A stretch of 64,000 bases of DNA from Rhizophagus irregularis (lineage: Eukaryota), in NCBI RefSeq assembly GCF_026210795.1, contig NC_089429.1:5704001-5768000 (forward strand), written 5' to 3'. The notes beneath the pieces were generated by a model. It was not told where the DNA came from. It did not search any database and saw only the letters and a list, made by a program, of their open reading frames with translations. This document shows positions 53,546 through 64,000 of the stretch, one piece after another; the first letter of the stretch is position 1; every line of letters starts with the position of its first letter. Position numbers and translations under genes: made by a program.

Positions 53546-53731
53546 ATGTATGATAATAAATTTTTACCAAAATTATCACAAAATTTGCTTGAAGTCTTAG
53601 AAGATAATGAATTTTATGATATTACTATTGAAGTTGGAAATGACCCTTACGTGAGAATTGGTCGAGCTCATATGGTCATTTTAAATTATCGTTCCCCTTA
53701 TTTGCGAAGAGTTTTGTCGACTAACGTTTAA
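53546..53731 (+). pseudogene. Truncated BTB gene (first 61 codons only)
   Basis: Matches exon 1 of the paralogues up to RRVLSTNV, then unrelated sequence. The upstream region resembles that of gene D. Confidence 0.9.
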
Positions 53732-54230
53732 ATTTCAAAATGTGCTGGTTTTGTGTCGGTGATTACATGAATATATGTACCGGTTTTCTCAGCAATGGGT
53801 TTTAGGTTACATCCTTCACGACCAATCAATCTTCCCAATTGAAAATATGTATAGGGATCAACGTTTTTTCTGAAAAAAAAAAGGCAGGACTTTGATGGGA
53901 ACTTTTAAGTAAGTCTATGATCGTATTTAATAATGATCATCTAGAACGACATGAAAAAAGTATTATTTGTTGAAAAGATGTCGGGTATTTGTAGCAACAA
54001 TAAAAACAAGATCTTTTTTTTTTGAGAGTATCTCGCATAAATTACATGTAAGATATGTAAGTCAAAATTTATTTGATTATTATCGACCCTTATTGAGTTT
54101 ACACTACATCCAAAATTGCTGACGCAAGGATTAAGAGTGTGATAAATACCACCTTGTAGCGATAAACCGCAGATCTTTAACGATACAAAATCGATTGTTT
54201 GAAGTACTAACAAAGAAATTTTTCATGTTT
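53729..54230 (-). pseudogene. KH-domain protein fragment
   Basis: Minus strand 53872-53729 reads RKNVDPYTYFQLGRLIGREGCNLKPIAEKTGTYIHV (KH GxxG loop, IGREG). The upstream part is frameshifted or uncertain. Confidence 0.65.
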
Positions 54231-55080
54231 TGAGCCTTGCTACTTAATTTATAACATAATAAACTTTATCTGTATAATTAATTATGACTCTAAAATGGCT
54301 TGCACTTCTAACAATGGCAATAAAATTATGAAAGCTTAACGCAGAACTTTATTTTAACTTTGAATAACGAGTATCTATTAATAATTCAACAATTAATAAA
54401 TAAAATTTTATTTGAATGTCGCACAAAAAATTGATATGATATTATATAAAGTTTGAAATGGTACTAAAATATTTATATGTGGCGAAGTGGAATGTTTTAA
54501 AACCCGATCAAAATTATTATTATATTATATATACAGTATATACAGTATATTTTTAAATTTAGATAATTTCCCGCAAAACACTTCGGAGAATATGTAATCA
54601 CTTTTGCACTGCGCAAGATATAAATTTTTTTATCGAACACTATACAAAAAACGCATGAAAGAAATTACTTGATATAACACATCGAAGAACAATCGTAATT
54701 AACAATCACAAATGTTCGTCTAATTTTTATTTCTATTTATCTAACGTTAAGACTTAAAGATTCCCTCCAGTTATGATAAACTTTTTAAAAATATGTTTAG
54801 AATTTTAGAATTTAGAGAATGATGACTATTTTCAATAAATAATATACTGATACAAAAGAATTCCATTTTTACTAAATTAAATTCATCTATATTAGCAAGG
54901 TATTAAAATATTATTTAATTTTACAGTAATTAAAATTTATTCTAGAATAATTCAAGGTTATCACTTATCACTACAAGAATGTATAATGGTAACTACAAAA
55001 ACAAATAAAAATCATATTTATCGTTCTGTAAATTTTTCTCAGTAAAAAAATATATATATATATATAATATCGAACCATTA

Positions 55081-56567
55081 TCAATTTTTCATAATTTGAA
55101 ATATTTCATACTCTTCTACAGAAAAACGATTTTTGGTATCTCTAATTGGTTTTTCGTAATCAAAATTACAGCAACTACTCTCATCATAACAATTGTCTCC
55201 ATACAATTTGAGGTCACCGACACCAAATGAAGGACCAGAGTAAGCACTATTATCTATAGCATATTTTTTATTTTTTACTCGACTTAAAATATATCCATTA
55301 ATATTTTCCTTATTCTTAAAAGAAAATATAAAACTATCTTTAGTAACGCTATCACTATAATCAGATTTCCATATGATCGGATTATATCCTCCAAGAATTT
55401 CATTACTATCTTTTACTTTAATAATTGAAATTGTATGAAATTTATTATCACAAATCTCATGAAATTTACTAGGTGAGAATCCATCACGAGATCCACGAAG
55501 TATTAAATTGAATTCATATGGATTTTTTATCTCTTCCGTAATATCTAATTTATCAATCCATTTAGAGATTAATTCAGCATGTTGAATTGTGATTATTTCT
55601 GAATCAATACCTTTTGATCCAACTTCTTTAGTCATCATTGGTTCTGGATTATCACTTGACTGATTTACAAAATGCTTAATTAAATTTTCACGTAAGTCTT
55701 TTGGTAAAATCTTTTTATACGGATATACTTTTTCTAAAAATTCATTATGATTCAAATCGAAGAATTCAATAAAAGGAATACATTGTTGTAAAGTACCTCT
55801 TAAAGTAATAAAATCTTCTTTCGAATAACTCGAAGGATCTGAAGGAAGTCCAGGATTTTGAGCAATACCCCATTTAAGTACATGTTCCCAAACTTGAATA
55901 ACATCCATTTGAAAATTATCATGTTGAATAAGAGATATCAAACATTTTTCTGAAAGTGAAATAAAATCGATTGAATTAAAAATTTTTTCCGGTTCTTTAG
56001 ATATTAATTCTGTACAAAAATTTTGTAATTTCAAGAAAGAATCATTCTCAAAACTTGTTTTATATATAAAGTTAAAATTTTGTTCCATCCAATCTTTTTT
56101 GTATTCAATTAAAAATGATTGTAAATTAATAATTAATTCTTGAAGACTAAGTTCACTAGAAGCAATTAATATCTTAATAATATCTGAAGTATCATATTCC
56201 TCCAAAGAAAGTCTTCCTCCATAAATATATCTAAAATGAAATTTTCGAATATTTCCGTAAGTATCAATAAAAAAAGTCGTCATAATTTATTTCAATTCTC
56301 TTACCTCAATATCATTTGAAAAGTTTCAGGCAAAATATTTGGTAATTTAATATGTGTCAAGACTCCATCATTTTTATTTTTATTAATGTTAGTTGATAAT
56401 ATTCTTCGCAAATAAGGAGAACGATAATTTAAAATCACCATATGAGCACGAAAAATTTTTACGTAAGGGTCATTACCAACTTCGATAGTAATATCATAAA
56501 ATTCATTATCTTCTAAAATTTCAAGAAAATTTTGAGATAATATTGGTAAAAATTTATCATCATACAT
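55081..56567 (-). CDS. BTB/POZ-BACK-TLDc protein E, exons 56567-56305 and 56230-55081, ~470 aa
   Basis: Same motifs and intron position; in-frame splice. Confidence 0.93.
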
Positions 56568-56705
56568 TATAACAAATTTTGTTTAATTTTTTTTTTTTAA
56601 AAAATATAGAATTTATCTTGTATGAAACAATTTGGCTAAACTGTAACACTTTATTCTATCATGTTTTAGTTACCTAAAACCATATTGAGTAAAATGAGGT
56701 AGATC

Positions 56706-57186
56706 TGTACGATACGGACGTACGGTCGTACGGTTGATCAAATTTCCGAAATTCCAAAAATTCTGTATCGTACCATCGTACCGTAACTTGTCCTATATAT
56801 ACTATATATATTTTTTTTGTAACGTCCAATTATCCAAATAACCATTATATTGAACGGACATTATAACTACAATAAAGTGTCCAAATTATCACTATGGTAA
56901 AATGGACATTTGGACAATTGGTTATCCAAATAACCATGTCCAAATGTTCAAATAACCTAAAATGGATATTGGTGTACAAATAATCAATATGCTAAAATGT
57001 ACCATTATTTGGACACCAATATCCTTTTAATTTAATATTTTGACACCAATGTCCAATGTCCATTTAATTTAATATTTGTCTGGATATTATTGTCCATTTA
57101 ACATAATAGTTATTTGGACACCACATGAAAAAAAGAAAAAAATTTTATCAACCGTACCGTATAAGTTTTCAAAATCGTATCGTACT
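56706..57186. mobile_element. Fold-back/MITE-like composite upstream of gene E
   Basis: GTACGATACG ... CGTATCGTAC inverted ends with CGTAC motifs; inner segment rich in TGTCCA/TGGACA inverted motifs. Not present upstream of paralogue F. TSD not resolved. Confidence 0.55.
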
Positions 57187-57623
57187 GAATAATATTTATA
57201 ATCCTCATATTCGTTATAATTTTATAACTCTGATGTTCTTTGAGACTAATACTTTTGCGATTCTAGGTGAATGTGCTGAGAGCCTGAGACCATCGTAATT
57301 CTTTCATTTAGATATCTCCAAAGCATAAGTGAGAGACCCATATTCGTTAAAATATCCTAAGTTTCCTAACACCATATAATATAATAATATATGTAATATA
57401 TTTTCATTTGACAGTTTAATTTTCTTAAAGCTTTTAATTTATATAGAAGCTTAGTATGGACTTTCACGTTCCATAGTATGGTTTTATCTCTACTGCTCAT
57501 TCTATCTTAACGCTAAAATTATTTAAAATACGTTTTAACATGTGCTAAAATTGAATAAATCAGTAAATCGAATACCTCATTTTTTTTTTAAAAAAAAATT
57601 ATATTTTGTTGAAAATACGAATA

Positions 57624-57980
57624 ATGAATAATAATAAATTTTACGAAAATTATCTCAGAATTTACTTAAGATAATGAATATTATGAAGTTTAATGACCCT
57701 TACGTAAAAATTTTTCATGCTCATAGATAGTATGCCCTGTAAAAAATCTGATCCGTGTTTTTTCTTTCCATGTTTTTCCGTGAATGTATCATTTTCATGA
57801 AATTTATAGCCTTAAATCATGGAAATTTTCATCTCGCACGGATATCCGTGAATGCGGAATTTTTACGGAAGACACGGAGAAATAATGGAAATATTCGGAT
57901 AAAAATTTTTATAGGGATGGTGTTAACGTTAATAAAATAAAAATGATGGAACTTTGTTATATATTAAATTACCAAATATT
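57624..57980 (+). pseudogene. Decayed BTB exon-1 fragment interrupted by a MITE
   Basis: aatgacccttacgtaaaaatttttcatgctcata and attaaattaccaaatatt match BTB exon 1; deletions and frameshifts. Confidence 0.85.
57735..57916 (+). mobile_element. 182-bp CCC..GGG MITE (divergent subfamily)
   Basis: CCCTGTAAAAAA...TTTTTATAGGG with TSD ATG. Confidence 0.88.
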
Positions 57981-58699
57981 CAACCACTTAATATTTTTAG
58001 TATATTTACGAGGACTTTTCCTTTTTTTAAAAGAAATAGTCTTTTAAAAGAACAAAAAAAAAGCAAGAGAATCTTCTCACTATAAGAAGAGTACACATTT
58101 CTTGGATCATTAGTTTAAACTACAGTAACTTGAATATCTCAGGAATTATTTAGTATTAAAATTTTATAACGCGACATCCATCGAAGAAATCAATACAATA
58201 GATAATATATTTTCATTATATATACTCGTAATTAAATCCAGTTAAATTTCCTGTGGGCTGTGGGAAAGTATAATATGTTTCAAATCATAAAATTGTTTAA
58301 ATAATGTATATATATTGATTTATATTTTCTGGCATACGAATGGTGTGAAGGTGGATATTTAGCACTTAACGTTAAACCTGTAAAGCTTTGGAAAGTATTT
58401 AATCCCTTTTTTGTACTGCGAAAGAAATGAAAGTTTTACGATTTAAAGTTACTTTTTTAATCGGACATTACATAAAAAAAATGCGGAAGAAATTATAATT
58501 AATAAGTTACACTTCAGTTAACAATTTCATAAGGTTAAACCAGCCTAATTTTCTTATTTTTATGATCAAATATAATACGTTAGTCTCGTGTATAAAGTGT
58601 ACAATATAAATTAATGGTAATTATTAAAACTAATAAAACGTCATCTTTATTGTTTCATAACATATTTTTTTCAGTAATAAAAAATACATAGTTGCTTTA

Positions 58700-60188
58700 T
58701 CAGTCTTTCATAATTTGAAATACTTCATACTCTTCTACAGAAAAATCCTTGTCTGTATTTCTAATTGGTTTGTCATAATGAATACGAAAGCAATAACTTT
58801 CATTAAAACAATTGTTTCCACACAATGTAAGATCACCTTCACCAAATAAAGGACCATAATCAGCGCAATTATTTATAGCATAATATTTATTTATTACTCT
58901 ACTTAAAGTATAATTATCAATATTTTCCTTATTAAAAGAGAATATAAAACTATCTTTAGTAACGCTAACACTATAATCAGATTTCCATATATTCGGATTA
59001 TATCCTCCAAGAATTTCATTACTATCTCTCACTTTAATAATTGAAATTGTATGAGATTTATTATCACAGATTTCATGGAATTTACTAGACGAAAATCCAT
59101 CACGAGATCCACGAAGAATCAACTTAAATTCATATGAATTTTTCATATTATCAGTAATTTCTAATTTATCAATCCATTTAGAGATTAATTCAGCATGTTG
59201 AATTGTAATGATTTTTGATTCAATACTTTTTGATCTAACTTCTTTAGTTATCTTTGGCTTCATTGGCTGATTTATAAAATGTATGATTAAATTTTCACGT
59301 AATTCTTTTGATAAAACCTTCTTATAAGGATAAACGTTGACCAAAAATTCTTTATTGTTTAAATTGAAGAATTTAATAAAAGGAATACATTGTTGTAAAG
59401 TACTCCTTAAAGTAATAAAATCACCTTTTGAGTAGTTTGAAGGATCTGAAGGAAATCCAGGATTTTGAGCAATACCCCATTTAAGTAAATGCTTCCAAAC
59501 TTGAATAACGTTCGTCTGAACGTTATCATGTTGAATAAAAGAAATTAAACATTTTTCTGAAAGTGACGTAAAATCGATGGAATTAAAAATTTTTTCTGGT
59601 TCTTTAGACATAAGTTCTATACAGAAATTTTGTAATTCTAAAAAAGATCCATTCTTAAAATTTGTCTGATATATTAAGTTAAAATTTCGTTCCATCCAAT
59701 TTTTCCTATTTTTAATCAAAAATAATTGTAAATGAATGACTAATTCTTGAAGACCAAGTTCATTGGAAGCGATTAAAATCTTAATAATATCTGAAGTATC
59801 ATATTCCTCTAAAGAAAGTCTCCCTCCATAAATATATCTAAAAATGATAAATATTCGAATATTTACATAGTAAGTATCAATAAAAAAAAAAAAGTCGTCA
59901 TAATTTATTATTTCAATTCTCTTACCTCAAAATCATTTGAAAAGTTTCAGGTAAAATATTTGGTAATTTAATATGTGCCAAGACCCCATCATTTTGATTT
60001 TTATTAATGTTAGTTGATAAAATTCTTCGCAAATAAGGGGAACGATAACATAAAATCACCATATGAGCACGAAAAATTTTTACGTAAGGATCATTACCAA
60101 CTTCAATTGTAATATCATAATATTCATTATCTCCTAAAATTTCAAGTAAATTTTGTGATAATTTTGGTAAAAATTTATTATCATACAT
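58700..60188 (-). CDS. BTB/POZ-BACK-TLDc protein F, exons 60188-59926 and 59837-58700, ~466 aa
   Basis: Same motifs and intron position; in-frame splice. Confidence 0.93.
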
Positions 60189-61738
60189 TATAAAAAACTT
60201 TGATTGATTTTTTTTTTAAAGAAATATAGAATTTATCACAATTTGGCTAAACTGTAACACTTTATTCTATCGGAATATTTTAACCCGAAATCACTAATCA
60301 CGTTACCTAAAACGGTAAAACCATATTGTAGCTGAATAATATTAGAAAGCAAAAAAGTTGTGATGAAGATTTGGGAGAGAAGACACGAGTTCTTCACACA
60401 AAATTAGTAAAGAGGATTCGAGTCAAACAAATCATGTAAGCGGCGTAACAAGAAAAAAAGAAGATCGGAGACACAAACATTCCCGAGATTCCGGTTAAAT
60501 TAACAACCGACGACATCGACGTAGCTTATCTAAAAAAAAAATTTCCGCTGTTCCACGTGACTTAACGTTACTTTCCAAGGACGAGGAAAAAATGAAAATT
60601 TGAAGCAGGTAGCTTATATAGAAAGTTTACAAGTTAAACGAAGTTATAAGTATAAGACTTTCGAGCCAAACTTCGCTTTACCAAAACATGTGAAAATATA
60701 CATAAGGTGAAGATTATTACTTCAGAAGGTTTAACTTGATTTTATAGTATAGAACAAGAATCTTATGTATTAATTTAGATTTATAGATACTTTATTGACG
60801 CAATGTATTTACGTTGATATGGAGATTAATTACGATTGAGTACTAATTATCTCTATACCAATTAAGTTTTAATTAAAAAAAAAGATAAAGTGCCATTTTT
60901 GTTGTACAATGTCACGTGCGAAGGAAAAAATATCATTCTTTGATATGTTTATATCATTTTTCTTAATAGAACATATATTACATATATTTATGATTATTAT
61001 TGATATATCAAGAATGATACTTTATCTGGACGGTATGTATTTATTTTCCTGAAAATTTTTGGGGCAATCATATAAAAATAATCAAATTTCAAACGCTTAT
61101 AACTTTTTATGTAGATATTTTTTTGAAAATCTGACCGGTAATTTAATAGTACTTGTCTTGTAGAACAAAGTTACCGGTTTATTTCTTTGAAATTCTATTT
61201 TATTAAAGTGTTGAAAGATTTATAAGTATCACAATTTTATTTTTGAGTATAGAGTTCCGGCACCATATAAAGTTAAAACTGAGATTCAAACCTCCTTATA
61301 CCCTTTAATAGTAGTTAAGTAAACTTGAAAAACACTTTTTAAATCGTGATCTATGAGTCAATCGCGAAGGATCTGTAGAAAATGGGAATCTAAAAGTCGA
61401 GATGATTTATATGAGCTTTTGCTATTGGTGGATGATAATCAATACATTGGAAAAATAAAGACAAAATTGAAAGGAAAAAAAAAATAATTATTATACAGTA
61501 AAATACTACTAGTGATCAACATAAATCTGCACCGAAATTAAATTTTTTTTTTTTTTGAAAATTGCCGCGCCACAAATCTGTTGCATAAAATTTTACCCGT
61601 TTCACATGATTTGCTGTTTAAGCTGACTGCTGTGTTCTGTTTCAGATGTTTAGTACTACATATGTACTACATATGAAAAAAAAAAAAAATCTTATTTCAT
61701 TTCTTGATTTCATTTCTTGAAAGTACGAAATACGAATA

Positions 61739-63248
61739 ATGTATGATAATGAATTTTTACCAAGATTATCTCAAGATTTACTTGAAATTTTAGAAAACAA
61801 TGAACTTTTTGATATTACTATTGAAGTTGGTAATGACTCGAAAACTTTTCATGCTCATATGATCATATTGATCTGCCGTTCCCCTTATTTGCGAAGACTT
61901 ATATCAACTAACGTTAACGTTAATAAAAATAAAAATGAACGTATTAAATTACCAAATATTTTACCTGAAACTTTTCAAATGATATTGAGGTAAGAGAATA
62001 GAAATAATAATTATGACGACTTTTTTTTATTGATACTTACGGAATTATTCGAATATTTTCATTTTTAGATATATTTATGGAGGAAGACTTTCTTTAGAGG
62101 AATATGATACTTCGAATATTATTAAACTTTTAATTGCTTCCAATGAACTTAATCTACAAGAATTAATCACTCATTTACAATTATTTTTGATCAAAAACAA
62201 AAAAGACTGGATGGTACAAAATTTTAGCTTGATATATAATACAAGCTTTGAGAAGGATTCTTTCTTGGAACTACAAAATTTTTGTAAAGAATTTATGTTT
62301 AAAGAACCAAAAAAAATTTTTGATTCAAGAGATTTTACTTCGCTTCCAGAAAATTGTTTGATTACTCTTATTCAACATGAAAATTTTCAAAATAATGTTA
62401 TTCAAGTTTGGGAACATGTACTTGAATGGGGTATTGCTAAAAATCCTGAACTTCCTTCAGATCCTTCTAATTATTCAAAAGATGATTTTAAGAACTTAAA
62501 GAATACTTTACAACAATCAATTCCCTTTATTAAATTCAATAATTTGAGTCATCAAGAATTTTTGGATAAAGTATATCCATATAAAAAAATTTTACCAAAA
62601 GATTTACGTGATGAATTAATTAGGCATTTTATAAACCAGTCAACTAATAGGCCAGAACCAAAGACTACCAAAGAAAATGATTCAAAAAATATTGATTCAA
62701 AAATCATTACAAAACAGCATGCTGAATTAATCTCTAAATGGATTGATAAATTAGATATTAAGGACGAGATAGAAAATCCTTATGAATTCGAATTAATACT
62801 TCGTGGATCTCGGGATGGATTCTCCCCTAAGAAATTCCATGAGATCTGTGATAATAAATCTCATACTATATCGATCATTAAAGTGAAAGGTAGCAATGAA
62901 ATCCTTGGAGGTTATAATTCGATCATATGGAAATCTGATGATAAGTGGGGTACTACTAAAGATAGTTTTATATTCTCTTTTAAGAATAAGAATAGTATTA
63001 AAAATTATACTTTAAGTCGAGTAAAATCTGAGGTGTGTGCTATAGATAATGACCCTGCACACGGTCCATCATTTGGTTCTAGTGACCTTGAACTGTATGA
63101 AAACAATCGTGGAGGTGCGTTCGGTCCAGTACATTATGAAACATCGATTAGAAGCACCAATGGTGAATTTTCCGTAGAAGAATATGAAATATTTCAAATT
63201 ACGAAAGAATGTGAGCCTGAAGAGGAATCAAATTGTAATATATCTTAA
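61739..63248 (+). CDS. BTB/POZ-BACK-TLDc protein G, exons 61739-61989 and 62069-63248, ~476 aa
   Basis: Same motifs with small in-frame indels in BTB and an acidic C-terminal extension. Confidence 0.92.
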
Positions 63249-64000
63249 AATTTTTTAAGGACATTCTATTTTATAAGTCTATAATTTATTGAACCCTCAA
63301 TCCAAGCGTATTTCATTATATTTATTACATTCCTTTTTAAATATTGAAGATTTAACGGCATGTTACTTAACATTGAAAAATAAGTTATTAGTATTATTAG
63401 TATATGATTAATTGATTGTTTCATATTTTTTTTTCTATGTAAAATCTAACAAAGAATTAATTAGAAGTTACTTATTTAAATTTTTCTAAAATCGGGAAAA
63501 TAATTGTTTTGAGTCAAACAAATAAATATTTAATTTACTCTTTATTCAAAATATGATATTAAAAAGGACATGAATAATCAGCTTTAATACAATTCATTAA
63601 AACTTTTATAGAATTCGGCCCGAGATTTTAATTCCAACCAGCACTATTATTGCCTGTTAATAATGCGTAAAAGGCGAATTCTTTTTTTTTTTACAAGAAT
63701 TAATAAAACCAAAATTGACACTTTAAGATTGCACAACGTATTGATACGGAAAATTTAAATTCGTTTATTTATTTAGGACCCGAAATATATATAAAAAGAC
63801 AAGGTGATAGCTGTACGCAGGACGGCAGGGTTATTACATCCTTCAGAAAATCGGAAAAATACGCAAATTAATTAATCATCATGTGATTCGCGTAAAAAGC
63901 GTACATTAAAATTTCAATTACATCTTTTCGACCAATATTAGAAACAGGGTGATGACTGATGAGTTAAAAGATTAAAGATTTTACATAAATTGTTAAACCC

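Overview
AT-rich eukaryotic DNA with short GT-AG introns. The gene content (expanded BTB-BACK-TLDc, Sel1-repeat, tyrosine-kinase-like, Crinkler-like and P450 families) points to an arbuscular mycorrhizal fungus (Glomeromycotina, Rhizophagus-like); this is an inference. The window holds three paralogous cytochrome P450 genes (one cut by the window edge), an array of seven intact two-exon BTB-BACK-TLDc genes plus three decayed copies, and one intact ORF fusing a hAT-transposase-like N-terminus (BED zinc finger) to seven Sel1-like repeats. It also holds several pseudogenes (TKL kinase, Crinkler-type nuclease, P-loop NTPase, KH domain) and many non-autonomous transposons: a CCC...GGG family with 3-bp TSDs including a 5.5-kb nested element, a MULE, a Tc1/mariner MITE, a LINE fragment and a candidate Helitron. 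The most striking signal is in the BTB-TLDc paralogues. They are nearly identical in the BTB exon, intron and 3' UTR but hypervariable at about five short segments of the C-terminal TLDc domain, as expected of a diversifying Cullin-3 substrate-receptor repertoire that may serve non-self recognition. All domain calls were made by eye from motifs; no searches were run.
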